Part shown: one piece after another, positions 35,212 to 46,739 of the stretch | Layout: each line of letters begins with the position of its first letter | Numbering within the stretch: position 1 is the stretch's first letter | Assembly: GCA_963663895.2 (NCBI GenBank) | Contig: CAXXRD010000002.1 | Coordinates: 256,001-320,000 of the forward strand | Length of the DNA stretch: 64,000 nucleotides | Direction of reading: 5' to 3' | Source: Dehalococcoidia bacterium | GTDB lineage: Bacteria; Chloroflexota; Dehalococcoidia; Bin125 | Notes under the pieces: generated by a model | Told to the model about the DNA's origin: nothing | Database searches by the model: none | What the model saw: only the letters and a program-made list of their open reading frames with translations | Translations under genes and position numbers: made by a program

Positions 35212-36595
35212 GTGATGCGTGCCGATCTCAACGACGCCGACAGCCCGTTCGACCCCGTCGCCGCGCGCTGGCGAACGGAAACCCCAACCACCGCCGACGA
35301 ACTACTCGCCTGGCAGTTGGCCCGCGTCTGGGAGATCGCCGAGCGGCTCGCCGTGGACAACCCCTTCTACAAACCGCTGCTGGCGCCGCTGCCCGCAGGA
35401 CGCTCCGCGGCCGACTTTCGCTCCCTCCCCGTGACGACCAAGGACGCCGTCGTCGCCGACTGCCGGGCGCACCCCCCTTACGGGGCCCGCTCGCAGTGCC
35501 GCCCAGACGAGATCCGCACGGTGGTCGAAACCAGTGGCACTTCGGGCAAGGGCCGCGAGATCTACGTCATGAACGATGCCGATGAAGAGGCGGCGATCGC
35601 GATGGAAGCCTGCGGCTTCTGGTGGGCCGGCGTACGGCCGGGGAGCCGCGTTTTGCTCACGCTGCCCGTGGGCATGACGGCGGCGGGCCACTGGTACTAC
35701 GAGGGCCTGCGCCGTCTCGGCGCCAACGTGCTCTCCGTCGGGGCCTATCCGACGCAGAAGAAAGTGGAGATGCTGGCGCGGTACGGCGCGGACCTGGTCG
35801 TCGGCACGCCCACCTACGTGCAGCGGCTGGCGGTGGCGTGTGAGGAAGAGGGCGTCGATCCGGCAGCGCTCGGCGTGCAGGCGCTGATCGTCGCCGGCGA
35901 GGCATACGGCGCTGGGTGGGTGCAGATGATGCAGCAGGTCTGGGGAGCGACCTTGTACGAGCAGTGGGGCTGCACGGAGCGGGCAGTCGCCTGGACCTGT
36001 CCCGGGCGGCGTCTTGCGCGACGGGAGGCTGGGGGTCCTGCACTTCCCGGCCGAGACCGCCTACTGCGAAGTGCTCGACCTGCAGACGAGCGAACCCGTC
36101 GCGGACGGAGGAACCGGCGAGCTTTTCATCACGCCTCTGACCGCCATCGCCTCGCCGTTGCTGCGCTTCGCGACGCGGGACCGCGTGCAGTGGATCGCCC
36201 CCGGCTCTTGCTCGTGCGAGAGGCCGCTCGCGGGCATCCGGGCGGGCAGCGTGCAGCGCTACGACGACATGCTTAAGATCCGCGGCGTCAACGTTTGGCC
36301 CGCGCAGTTCGACGAGGCCGTCTTCGCCATCGACGGTGTCGAGAACTATCGCGGCGTCGTGGGTAGCGCGGCCGACGGCCGGGAGGAGGTCCGGATCACG
36401 GTCGAGTGCGCGGTGGCGCGGGCAGCAGCGGTGCGGCAGCACGTATCGGAGGTCGTGCGCGATCGCATCGGCATCGGGGCCGCCGTGGAGGTGGTGGCGC
36501 TCGGAGAGCTGAGCCGCGCCGTGCCCGAGGGATTCGTCAAGGTTTCGCGCTGGCGCGACGAGCGACTCGCGGCGCGCGGCGTGCACCAGCCGTAA
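35212..36595 (+). CDS. Phenylacetate-CoA ligase (PaaK) family protein, frameshifted at 36004-36006
   Basis: ETSGTSGK, YEQWGCTE, then after removing one G: LLRFATRD, RYDDMLKIRGVNVWP; reconstructed 460 aa. Confidence 0.8.
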
Positions 36596-36606
36596 GAGGC
36601 CGGCCC

Positions 36607-38530
36607 ATGGGATACGTCATCAACATCGATACTGGCGGGACCTTCACAGATGGATACGTGACAGGCCCCGCTGGGAGCATCCGGGCCAAGGTGGATACCA
36701 CGCCGCACGATCTCACCGTCGGGATCCTCGCCTGCATCGACCGCGCCGCGAGCTTGCTGGAGATGAGCCGGCCGGAGCTGCTGCGCCAGACCGACGCGGT
36801 GCGCTTCTCGACGACGATCGGGACGAACACGCTGATCAACCGCAGCGGGCCCAAGATCGGGCTGCTACTCGGGGAAACGCTCGGCGATCCGCTCGTGGCC
36901 GAGCTGGCCGCAGAGCTCCCCCTGGACCGCGAACTCGTTCAGCTCGTCCCGGAAACGGAGCAGGACGGCGCGAGAGTCATCGCCGCCGTCCATACCCTGC
37001 TCGAGCGGGGCGCCCGGATCCTCGTCGTCGCGCTCAGCTCCGGGGCCGACTTGCCGGCGCGCGAAGGAGCGCTCCGCTCCCGCATCGCGGCGGACTACCC
37101 GCGCCACTACCTCGGCGCCGTTCCCGTCCTCGCTTCGCATCAAGTCACCCTGGGCGCCGGATCCCCGAGTCCGCGCGCAAACCGCGGTCCTGAACGCCTA
37201 TCTCCACCCCGGCATGAGCCGTGTGCTCTATCGCGTCGAGGTGCAGCTCCGAACCGACGGCTACCGTCACCCGCTGCTCGTCGCCAACGCGGACGCGGGG
37301 ACCTCGCGCGTCGCCAAGACCACCGCCTTACGCACCTGGGGATCAGGGCCTGCGGGAGGAGTAGCGGGAGCGCTGGAACTTACGCGGGAGCTGGGCCTGC
37401 CGCACGTGGTCACGTTAGACGTGGGAGGGACCAGCTCCGACATCAGCGTCATTGAGCAGAGCGGCTGGCACTACGCCGTGCAGCCGCTGATCGAGGGAAT
37501 CGAGGTCGCGCTTCCCGCCGTCGCCCTGGAATCCGTGGGCATCGGCGGGGGGTCGATCGCGCGCGTAGAGGACGGGCGCGTGCGCGTCGGTCCGGAGAGC
37601 ATGGGGGCCCAGCCGGGGCCGGCGGCATTCGGACTGGGCGGACAGGAAGCGACCGTGACGGACGCCGCTTGCTGCTTGGGAATATTCGACCCCGATCATT
37701 TCTTGGGAGGGCGCAAACGCTTGGATGTCGAGGCGGCAGGCGACATCGTGGGCGCACGCGTGGCGGAGCCGCTCGGCGTGGGCGTGACGGAGGCCGCCGC
37801 CCGCATCCTGGAGACCGCAGCCGACGGAATCGCGCAGGTCATCGGCCAACAGCTGCGCCGCCAGGGTCTCGTTTCGTCGGAGGCGGCACTGTTCGCGAGC
37901 GGGGGCGCGGGCGGGCTGCTGGCCCACGCGGTCGCCGATCGCGCGGGACTCGCCGCCGTGTACGGGTTCACCGTCAACTCCGTCTTCAGCGCCTTTGGGC
38001 TCTCCCGGCTCGACATCTCCCACAGCTACGAGGCGCTGCCGGGTACCTCGCTCGGGGGGGACCTTGCAGGGCTCCGGGAGCGAGCGCGGCGCGATATGCA
38101 GGGCGAGGGCATCGACACGAGCGCAGTCAGCTACGCCATTGAAGGCGAGGTAGTTGGATCGGACGGCGATGTGCGCGTCGTCGCGCTGGGCAACAACACG
38201 GACGCGGCGGTCACCGCCGCCGGCGCCCTGCACAACGGCCAACTCCGGCTGGCACGCCTCCGTGCGACGAGCGCCGGCGTCCGGGGCGCACTCCCGCTGG
38301 CAGACGGCGCCTCGCTCGCGACACGCGGCCAGCGCGCCCTGCACCTGGGGGATCGCGTCGCGACGCTGCCGGTCTTCGATTGGGACACCGGAGCAGCGGG
38401 GGCGGAACTCCACGGGCCGGCGATTCTCGAGAGCGCGGAGACCACGCTGCTGATTCCGCCCGGCGCCCGGGGCCGCATCGGCGCACTTGGCGAGATCGTC
38501 CTCCCGCTCGCGGACAGTAGCCAACCGTGA
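36607..38530 (+). CDS. Hydantoinase A/oxoprolinase family ATP-binding subunit (Apc alpha-like), frameshifted at 37152-37154
   Basis: INIDTGGTFTDG, STTIGTN; after removing one G: TAVLNAYLHP, SGPAGG, DVGGTSSD, GIGGGS, GPESMGAQPGP; reconstructed 640 aa. Confidence 0.82.
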
Positions 38531-38871
38531 AGCGCCGCATCACCGAATACCTCGACCTCGACACCGCCACGCTTGAGTGGGCGTGCAACCGCTGCGGGCA
38601 GTCGCTGGGACCAGCGGCGAAAAACTACAAGGAAGGCTGCCTCATCGCGGACCGTGACCCGAGAGAGATCTGGCAACCGTTCATCGATGCCTCCTTTAAC
38701 TTTGCCTACAATCCGGGCTGGGCGCGGCTGGTGGAGTTCTACTGCCCCGGCTGCGGGACGATGCTGGAAGTCGAGATGCTTCCCCCCGGCCACCCCATCA
38801 CGCACGATATCGAACTCGACTTGGAGAGCCTGCAGCGCGACGCCGGCGAGCCGGGAAGCAGCGAGTCATGA
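38527..38871 (+). CDS. Acetone carboxylase gamma / Apc beta-like Zn-binding small subunit
   Basis: RITEYLDLD..WACNRCG..NYKEG..EFYCPGCG..LPPGHPITHDIE. Confidence 0.85.
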   Translation: MKRRITEYLDLDTATLEWACNRCGQSLGPAAKNYKEGCLIADRDPREIWQPFIDASFNFAYNPGWARLVEFYCPGCGTMLEVEMLPPGHPITHDIELDLESLQRDAGEPGSSES

Positions 38872-41021
38872 GCGAAGCACTCACCGACCGGGCCGTCATC
38901 GACGTCGATATCGGCGGCACGTTCACCGACTGCTTCGTCCGGATGCCGGACGGCCGCACAACCGCAGTCAAGACTCCGACCACCGGCTACCGCCTCTCCG
39001 CCGGCTTCATGCGCGGGCTCGAGGCCGCCGCCAAGGACTTCGGCCTCACCATCGATGGCCTGCTCGAAACGACAAGCACCATCCGCTACTCGACGACCGT
39101 GGCGATGAACACGCTCCTCCAGCGATCCGGCCCCAATCTCGCCCTGATCACCACCGAAGGGTTCGAGGATGTTCTCTCGATCGCCCGGGGCGCGGCTTGG
39201 ATGGACGCCGCCGTGACGCGCGAGATCCGCAACGTTGCCCGCATCACCAAGCCCGATCCGCTCGTGTCGCGGGAGATGACCTTCGGAGCGCGGGAGCGGA
39301 TCGACAGCTTCGGTGAGGTAGTCCGGCCGCTCGACGAAGAGCACTTCCTGGAAGGACTACGCGGGCTCGTGGATCGCGGGGCGCGAGGCTTCGTGATCGC
39401 GCTCCTGTTCTCCTACCTCAATCCCGCGCATGAGCGGCGCATCCGCGAGCTGATCGAGGGGGAGTTCCCCGAAGCCTACTTGGGGGCCATGCCCATCATG
39501 CTCTCCTCGGAGGTCGTGCCCAAGCGCTGGGAGTACACGCGCACCAACACCACCATCCTCAACGCCTACCTGCACCAAGCGATGTGGGAGGAGCTGTCGG
39601 GGATGGCGGACGAACTGCGCTCGCATCACTATCCCCGCGGCATCATGCTGGTCCACAACTCCGGCGGCATGGCGGAGGTGTACCGGACATCGGCGGCGGC
39701 AACGTTCAACGGCGGCCCGGTGGCGGGGTTGATCGGGGGAGCGGCGGCCGGCCAGGCGTTGGGGCATCCCAACGTGATCGTCACGGACATGGGCGGCACC
39801 AGCTTCGAAGTGGGGCTGATTACCGAAGGTTCGACACGGTTCTACCAGTTCCGTCCGATCATCGACCGCTATTGGGTCGACCAGAGCATGCTGGAAGTGA
39901 AGTCGATCGGCGCGGGGGGCGGCTCCATCGCCTGGATCAACGAGGCCGTGGGCGACCGGCTGGAGGTGGGGCCGCGCAGCGCCGGCTCGATGCCCGGACC
40001 TGCCGCCCTTGGATTAGGCGGAGCCGAGCCCACCGTCACGGACGCCGACGTCGTGCTCAACTACATCTCGCCCGACCACTACTTCGGCGGCAACTTGAAG
40101 CTCGATCGCGACCTGGCGGCGCAAGCGATCGAGGAAAAGATCGCGCAACCCCTGGGAGTATCGGTCGAGGAAGCGGCCGCGCGGATCAAGCGCACCGTCG
40201 ACGCCAACATGGCCGATGTAATCGCCCGCGAGACTTTCCTGCGCGGCTACGACCCGAAGGATTTCGTGCTGTTCGCCTATGGCGGCGCCGGCCCGGCTCA
40301 CTGCACCGGCTACGGCGGACGGCTCGACATTCAGCGCATGCTGGTGTTTCCGTTCTCGGCGGTCTTCTGCGCCTGGGGCTCGTCCACCATGGCGACGATC
40401 CACATCTACGAAGCATCGCGGCGCGTGGAGCTGCTGCAGCCGGTCACCCAGACCCCCACGACCGATTTCACGGCCTTCAACGAAGTGGTGGAGAGTCTCG
40501 AGGAGCAGGCGATCCGCGATCTACACGGCGAAGGCTACGACCTCGATCGGGCCACCTTCCGCTTGGAGTTGGACATCAAGTACGGCGGGCAGATTCATGG
40601 GCACCGCGCCCTGTCGCCGTTGCTCCGCATCGGCTCGACGGCGGACGTGGCACGGATCTACGACGCCTTCGAGCGCGAGTACGCGTCGTTCTTCAGCCCC
40701 GTAAACGTCTTTCCCCAGGGCGGCGTCGAGATCAACAACTTCGTGCTCCGTGCGGAGCTTCCCCAACCGCCGTGGCGCCTCGCCAGCCACGCCGAGACGA
40801 GCGACGACGCCGGCGTCGCACAGACCGCCACGCGGCCGGTCTACTGGGATGCTGCGGGCGGATTCGTCGATACGCCGATCTACGAGCAGTCCCGTCTGCG
40901 TCCGGGGCACAGCATTGAGGGCCCAGCCGTCATCGAGGCGCAGTACACCACCACCGTACTCGATCCCGACTTCCACTTAACCGTCGATCGGCATCTGAAC
41001 CTGATCATCGAAAAGCGGTGA
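38868..41021 (+). CDS. Hydantoinase A/oxoprolinase family subunit (Apc gamma-like)
   Basis: DVDIGGTFTDC, STTVAMN, EYTRTNTTILNAY, GGPVAG, DMGGTSF, GAGGGS, GPRSAGSMPGP, YGGAGP. Confidence 0.9.
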   Translation: MSEALTDRAVIDVDIGGTFTDCFVRMPDGRTTAVKTPTTGYRLSAGFMRGLEAAAKDFGLTIDGLLETTSTIRYSTTVAMNTLLQRSGPNLALITTEGFEDVLSIARGAAWMDAAVTREIRNVARITKPDPLVSREMTFGARERIDSFGEVVRPLDEEHFLEGLRGLVDRGARGFVIALLFSYLNPAHERRIRELIEGEFPEAYLGAMPIMLSSEVVPKRWEYTRTNTTILNAYLHQAMWEELSGMADELRSHHYPRGIMLVHNSGGMAEVYRTSAAATFNGGPVAGLIGGAAAGQALGHPNVIVTDMGGTSFEVGLITEGSTRFYQFRPIIDRYWVDQSMLEVKSIGAGGGSIAWINEAVGDRLEVGPRSAGSMPGPAALGLGGAEPTVTDADVVLNYISPDHYFGGNLKLDRDLAAQAIEEKIAQPLGVSVEEAAARIKRTVDANMADVIARETFLRGYDPKDFVLFAYGGAGPAHCTGYGGRLDIQRMLVFPFSAVFCAWGSSTMATIHIYEASRRVELLQPVTQTPTTDFTAFNEVVESLEEQAIRDLHGEGYDLDRATFRLELDIKYGGQIHGHRALSPLLRIGSTADVARIYDAFEREYASFFSPVNVFPQGGVEINNFVLRAELPQPPWRLASHAETSDDAGVAQTATRPVYWDAAGGFVDTPIYEQSRLRPGHSIEGPAVIEAQYTTTVLDPDFHLTVDRHLNLIIEKR

Positions 41022-41028
41022 GCGAGCC

Positions 41029-43145
41029 ATGACAACCAACGCGCATTCGACCCCCGAGATTCCCGAGCATTTCCGGGTCACGCCGATCGAGATCTCCCCG
41101 AGCACCATGGTGCAGTGGCTCAAGCCGGAGCCGATCAGTCCGCTCGAGCAGCGCGGAATGGATTCGCTGACGCCGGGCGATTACGAGATCTACGACGAGA
41201 AGCTCAAGAACATCCTGGACGAATCCCGCGAGATCTTCGTACGCAGCGGCGTGACCAACCTCCTCACGGCGGGCGACCTGATCGTCGCGGTCTACACGGC
41301 CAACGGAGACCTCGCCAACGCCTCCGCGGGAACCTACCTGCACTGCGTGACCGGTTGCCTGCCCGTCAAGTACGTGATGTCGCAGTACTTCCCCGACCCC
41401 ACCGTCGGGGTGCACGAGGGCGACATCTTTTATACGAACGAGGCGCGCTACGGTGGCATCCACAACCCCGACCAAATGGCCTTCATGCCCGTCTTCCACG
41501 ACGGGGAGCTGATCGCCTGGACGGCCGCGCTTGCCCATCAGCCGGAGACCGGCGCGGTGGAGCCCGGCGGCATGCCCATCCTCGCGCGCAGCCGCAACGA
41601 CGAGGGCATGAAGCTCACGCCGATCAAGGTCGGGGAGAACTACCGGATCAAGCGCGATCTACTGGATATGATGGTGAACTTCATTCACCGATCGCCGCGC
41701 ATGCAGGAGATCGATACGCGGGGCCCGCGTGACCGGCGCCGACCGCTTGCGCGTCCGGATGCAGGAGCTCGCGCGGGCCCAAGGGAACGACTTCGTGCGC
41801 GGGCTGCTGCGCAAACTCGTCGTCGAGGCGGAGGCTTCGGCGCGCCAGCGGATCGCCCGCTGGAACGACGGAATCTACCGCGCGGTCGCGTTCTCCGACA
41901 CGATCGGCCGCGAGCCGGCCTTGGTGCGTGGCCACCTCACCGCCAGCAAGAAGGGCGACACCATTCGGATGGACTTCACGGGGACGTCGCCGGAGAACGA
42001 CTCCTCGTACAACGCCTATCCACACATCGCCGCGGCGCCACGCCGCCATCTATATCTTCGCCTACCCGTTTCACGACCTCCCGGCTTCAAATGGGACGCT
42101 CGCCCCGTTCGACTGGGAGGTACCCGAGGGTACCGTCCTCAACGCCGCCCCCGACGCGGCGATTAGCAACAGCCCGCCGCTCTGCTGCATCGTCATGACG
42201 CCGGCCACGATCGCAATGGCCAAAATGATGTTCGACAGCCCCGATCGCGACAAGGTCGGCGCGCCCAACGGCAACATGGGGAGCGAGATCGTCTTCGCGG
42301 GCACGAGCCAGTACGGCGTCGCGTTCGCTGATCTCGACGGCTGCACCCTGAACACCGAGGGGCAAGGCGCCAGGCCCGACATGGACGGCGCCCATGCCTA
42401 CGGCTTCCCCTGGTGCCACGCGGGGCGAGCGCCGGACGCGGAATTCTACGAGAGCGAATATCCGTTCCTGCGCTTGTTCTATCGCTTGAAGGAGGACTCC
42501 GGGGGCTTTGGGATGTGGCAGGGAGGGCACGGCACTGAGACGGCGCTGGCGCCACGGCACGTTCCCACGATGTTCTGGAGCGCGATCGGCAAGAGCTCCA
42601 ATATCTCGGTTGGGGTGGGGCTCTTCGGCGGATATCCGTCCAGCGCCAGTCCCGGCGTCTGGGTCACCAACACCAATCTGTGGGACAAGCTGACGCGCGG
42701 TGACGACGACGTTCCCACCGACGCCGTCTCAGTCGCCAGGGATCAGACCGTCGACGGCGAGTACCTGATGGAGCATCTAACCCGGCTCACGCGAGTGGGG
42801 CAGAACGGCGACATCATCGTCCAGCTCGCCGCTGGCGGCGGCGGCTATGGTGACGTGCTCGAGCGCGCCCCGGCCCTCGTCCTCAGCGACCTCCGCCAAA
42901 AGAAGATTAGCGAGTGGACGGCTCGAAACATCTATCAGGTGCGCTACGACTCGGAAACCTTGGTGCTCGATCACGACGGCACGCGGGCGGCCCGCGACGC
43001 GGCGCGCCAGGAGCGCATCAAGCAGGGCAAGCCCTGGGACGAGTTCATCGCCGAGTGGTCGACGAAAAAGCCCGACGCCGACGCCTTGAAGTACTTCGGC
43101 CACTGGCCGGACGGCGCTGCCGAGCAGACCCTCGTCCGCATCTAG
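41029..43145 (+). CDS. Hydantoinase B/oxoprolinase family subunit (Apc delta-like), frameshifted at 41720-41723 and 42038-42039
   Basis: GIHNPD, AHQPETG..EPGG, EG..LTP, DFTGTSPE, DSGGFGMWQGG, GLFGGYP, GGGGYGDVLER; three ORF pieces join into 704 aa by deleting one base at each site. Confidence 0.82.
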
Positions 43146-43185
43146 CGATGGGGCAGCGGCCAACCCCTCGGCACAGGGAGCGTCC

Positions 43186-43980
43186 GTGAGTCGCGCGCTG
43201 CTCAGGGCCGCGCTCGAATCGCGGGACGGATCGGCGTTGGCGATCGCGCCGATGATCGAGCGGCACGCGGGCGCGCTGGAGCAGATCGCGCCGGCCACGC
43301 TCCTTTCCGATGCAGAGGCGCTGGCGCGCGCCCTCCGGAACGCGCAGGCCCTGTACGGGTGCGACGCCGTGACGATCGGCGCCGCCGGAGAGCGCGTAGC
43401 CGCTGCCTGTTGGGAGGCGGCACGTCCCGGCCTGGCCCCGGCGGCCAGCGCGGCCGCCGTAGCGCGAGGGGAGCGACTCGACGAGCTCCCAACCCCGGCC
43501 AGCGTCGGCGGCGGTGCCTCGCTCGCCGTGGCCCGCGACGCCATGGCGCGGCTGCGGCCGGTGCTGGGCGATCGAGCAGGCATCGCCATCGTTCTGCCGG
43601 ATGCGCCGCGCCTCGCGGCACTTCTCGGACGGGAAGCGAGCGGCGATTGGGCGCGCGCGACGTTGCTCGAAATCGTGCGGCTATTCGGGCCGGAAGAGCC
43701 GGACCTCTTCCTCCTCGTGGGCAACGAACACACGCTCGCGCGGCCGCTCGCATCGCTGGCGGACTTCTTCGGTTCGCCGATCGTCCACGTCTGCGCAGAG
43801 GAGAGCCGCCAAGCGGGCGTCGCCGTCCTTCGGGGCGACGACTTCGCAGGCAGCGCGGCGGATCTCCCAGCGGCGACGTGGCTGGTCACCAGCTCCACGG
43901 AGCTGGACGTAAACTCTGACCCGAAAGCAACGCGCGAAGCGATCGCCAACATGCGGCGGCGACGGACGGTAGCCGAGTAG
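43186..43980 (+). CDS. Hypothetical protein with UROD/MtaA-like N-terminus; positional equivalent of Apc epsilon
   Basis: P..ERHAGALEQI....LLSDAEALARALRNAQALYGCDAV resembles UROD-like N-termini; GGGAG RBS; lies between the delta-like gene and a CoA ligase. Confidence 0.55.
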   Translation: MSRALLRAALESRDGSALAIAPMIERHAGALEQIAPATLLSDAEALARALRNAQALYGCDAVTIGAAGERVAAACWEAARPGLAPAASAAAVARGERLDELPTPASVGGGASLAVARDAMARLRPVLGDRAGIAIVLPDAPRLAALLGREASGDWARATLLEIVRLFGPEEPDLFLLVGNEHTLARPLASLADFFGSPIVHVCAEESRQAGVAVLRGDDFAGSAADLPAATWLVTSSTELDVNSDPKATREAIANMRRRRTVAE

Positions 43981-43989
43981 GAGCAAGCC

Positions 43990-45333
43990 GTGACGTCAGA
44001 GCTCTGGCACCCCGAGCTGGAGAGCAAGCCTTGGCCGGAAGTCGAGAGCTGGCAATCCGCGCGCCTGGCTTCGTTTGCCAGCTCGCTGCGCGAGCGTTCG
44101 GCCTTCTATCGAGACCATTGGAGCGGCGCCGCGATCCCGGAGGACCCGTCTCGGTTTGCATGGCTCGACGGCCTGCCCTTCACAAGTAAAGCGGACCTCC
44201 GCCGCGCGCAGGACAGCACCACGGCCCAAACGCCGTTTGGCGCCATCCAGGCCGTGCCCCTGCGCGAAGTCGTCCAGGTCGTCTCATCGTCCGGCACATC
44301 GGGGCGTCCCGTGGTGTACGGGCTCACGCAGCGGGATGTCGAGGCGTGGAGCGACGGCGTCGCCAACATGTTCTTCACTGCGGGCATCCGGCCGGAGGAC
44401 ACCATCGTGCACCTCACGCGGCTGCCGATGGTGGCCGGAGGGCTACCTTACGCGGACGCGCTGCGCCGCGTGGGAGCAACGCTCGTCTGGGCCGGCGGAC
44501 TCCCCACGGAGCGGACGTTGCGGACCATCCAAGCGCTCCATGCCACCGCCCTCACCGCCACTGTTTCCTTCGAGGTCTACCTCACCGAGCACTGCGAAGA
44601 CGTCCTGGGCGTCCCGCCCAGCGCCCTCGGCCTGCGCAAGCTCATCGGCGGGGGGGAGCCCGGCATGGGGCAACCCGAGATCCGCGACAAGATCCGTCGC
44701 GGCTGGGGGATCGATCACGTCCGTGAAGCCATGGGCCTCAGCGACGTGATGGCGGGCATGTGGGCAGAGTGCGAAGAGGGGGGCGGGATGCACTGCACGG
44801 CACAGCGCTATGTGGCCGTGGAGCTGATCGATCCGGCGAGCGGCGTGCAGGTGGAGTGGCGCGAGGGAAGCAGGGGGGAGCCCGTCTACAGCACCTTCGA
44901 ACGCGAAGCGACGCCGCTGCTGCGGTTCCGGTCCGGCGACGCCGTCGTCGTGAGCGGCATGGGCTGCGCCTGCGGACGAAGCTCGCCCAAGATTCAGTGC
45001 GTCGGCCGAACCGATGACATGTTGATCTACAAGGCCATGAACGTCTTCCCCACGGCGATCCGCGATCTGGTCCTGAGTCGTTTCGCCGGAGAGGTGGAGC
45101 CGCACATCCGGATCTGGAAGGAGCGTCCCGAGCAGGTCCGCTTCGATGACCCGATCCCACTTGATGTCGAGGTCGGAGACGCCGTGGCCAGCGCCCGGCG
45201 CCGGGCACTCGCCGAGGAGATCGCGCGGGCGGTCCGGGACGAGCTGCAGGTGCGCGTCGACGTCTCCCTGGTCTCCCGCGGCCTGATTCCCCGTTCGGAC
45301 TACAAGACTCCGCTCGTCTACGTGCGCGAGTAG
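43990..45333 (+). CDS. Phenylacetate-CoA ligase (PaaK) family acyl-CoA ligase
   Basis: SSSGTSGRP, GGGEP, LLRFRSGD, CACGR, GRTDDML..KAMNVFP; AGGAG RBS. Confidence 0.9.
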   Translation: MTSELWHPELESKPWPEVESWQSARLASFASSLRERSAFYRDHWSGAAIPEDPSRFAWLDGLPFTSKADLRRAQDSTTAQTPFGAIQAVPLREVVQVVSSSGTSGRPVVYGLTQRDVEAWSDGVANMFFTAGIRPEDTIVHLTRLPMVAGGLPYADALRRVGATLVWAGGLPTERTLRTIQALHATALTATVSFEVYLTEHCEDVLGVPPSALGLRKLIGGGEPGMGQPEIRDKIRRGWGIDHVREAMGLSDVMAGMWAECEEGGGMHCTAQRYVAVELIDPASGVQVEWREGSRGEPVYSTFEREATPLLRFRSGDAVVVSGMGCACGRSSPKIQCVGRTDDMLIYKAMNVFPTAIRDLVLSRFAGEVEPHIRIWKERPEQVRFDDPIPLDVEVGDAVASARRRALAEEIARAVRDELQVRVDVSLVSRGLIPRSDYKTPLVYVRE

Positions 45334-45402
45334 CATCATGGGCGGGCGTTTGACAGTAACCCGCGGCCTTGGCGACCATGCGCCCCTGTTCGGAGTGCAC
45401 GC

Positions 45403-45864
45403 ATGGACTTGCATGGCCAGAAAGTGCTCAAGGTTGCCATCGATCCCTTGTGGGAAGCCATGGACGATCCCGATCTGCTGGCCCGAAGCGCGCCCGGCTG
45501 CAAGCGCCTGGAAGCGATCGGCGACGGCGAATACATCGCTGTCGTTGAACTGGGAGTTGCGGCCGTCAAGGGCCGCTACACAGCCCGCGTGCGGATGAGC
45601 GACAAGCGGCGAGAGGCCGCCAGCGGAAGCTTGCACGTGGCGCTCAAGGGGGACGGCGATAGCGGCTTCCTGACCGGGGAGGGCGACGTTCGCCTGGAGA
45701 CGGTCGAACAAGGGACGCGAGTTTCGTACGAGGCAGCCGTGACGGTCGGCGGGCGCGTCGCGGGCGTGGGACAGCGCGTTCTACGCGGCATCGCCAACAT
45801 GCTGATCGGGCAATTCTTCAAGTCGCTGGAGGAGGAATTGCGCTCCGTGAGAGCCGCCACGTGA
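45403..45864 (+). CDS. coxG: CoxG/SRPBCC family protein
   Basis: LWEAMDDPDLLARSAPGC, GVAAVKGRY, VGGRVAGVGQR, QFF. Confidence 0.85.
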   Translation: MDLHGQKVLKVAIDPLWEAMDDPDLLARSAPGCKRLEAIGDGEYIAVVELGVAAVKGRYTARVRMSDKRREAASGSLHVALKGDGDSGFLTGEGDVRLETVEQGTRVSYEAAVTVGGRVAGVGQRVLRGIANMLIGQFFKSLEEELRSVRAAT

Positions 45865-46739
45865 AGCCGGCCCCATTCCGCTATTTCGCGCCGACATCTC
45901 TCGACGAGTGCGTCGACCTGCTCAGTGAACACGGCGATGAAGCGAAACTGCTCGCCGGCGGTCAGAGCCTCGTGCCGATGATGAACTTCCGGCTGGCGAA
46001 ACCCGCCGCGCTTATCGACCTGAACGGCGTCTCAGAACTCGCCTACGTGGGGGAAACCGCCAGCGGCGGGATGCGAATCGGCGCGCTGACGCGGCAGCGG
46101 GCGCTGGAACGCGATCCCGAACTCCGGCGCCGCAATCCCCTCCTAGCCGAGGCGATCCCCTATATCGGGCACTTCCAGATTCGCAACCGCGGGACGGTGG
46201 GCGGCAGCATCGCGCACGCCGACCCCGCCGCCGAATTGCCGGCGGTCCTCTGTGCGCTCGATGGCAGCATCCGCGTCCAAGGCGCGGGAGGGGAGCGGAC
46301 GATCGCCGCCGTGGACTTCTTCCAAACGTACTTCACCGCCGATCTCGGCCCCGACGAGGTTGTGACGGAGATCGTGCTGCCCCCATGGCACAGCGGCGAT
46401 GGCTGGGCGGTGCAGGAGCTCAGTCGGCGCTACGGCGACTTCGCCCTCGTCGGCGTGGCCTGCCGTCTCCGCGTCGACGCGGAGGGGAACGTGACGGACA
46501 GTGCGGCAGCGCTCTTCGGCGTCGGCGGCGCACCTGTCGTGCCGGAGGCGGTGGCGCAGCTCGTCGGAACCCGTGCCGAGGAAGCCACGCTCGCAGCCGT
46601 CTCCGCCGCGGTCGCTGCGGAGCTCGACCCCGAGTCCGACGTCCACGCCTCGGCCTCCTATCGCAGACATCTGGCAGGGGTCCTGACGCGGCGCGCTTTG
46701 GGCGAGGCCTACGCGCGTGCGAACGGGGGAGCGGGATGA
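45861..46739 (+). CDS. XDH family FAD-binding subunit (CoxM-like)
   Basis: MKPAPFRY, LAGGQSLVPMMNFRLA, IRNRGTVGGSIAHADPAAE, SDVHASASYR. Confidence 0.93.
   Translation: MKPAPFRYFAPTSLDECVDLLSEHGDEAKLLAGGQSLVPMMNFRLAKPAALIDLNGVSELAYVGETASGGMRIGALTRQRALERDPELRRRNPLLAEAIPYIGHFQIRNRGTVGGSIAHADPAAELPAVLCALDGSIRVQGAGGERTIAAVDFFQTYFTADLGPDEVVTEIVLPPWHSGDGWAVQELSRRYGDFALVGVACRLRVDAEGNVTDSAAALFGVGGAPVVPEAVAQLVGTRAEEATLAAVSAAVAAELDPESDVHASASYRRHLAGVLTRRALGEAYARANGGAG

Noticed and set aside
36004-42039. Programmed frameshifting or phase variation
   Set aside because: Runs are only 2-4 nt, with no X XXY YYZ slippery heptamers seen; the genes are housekeeping-type enzymes
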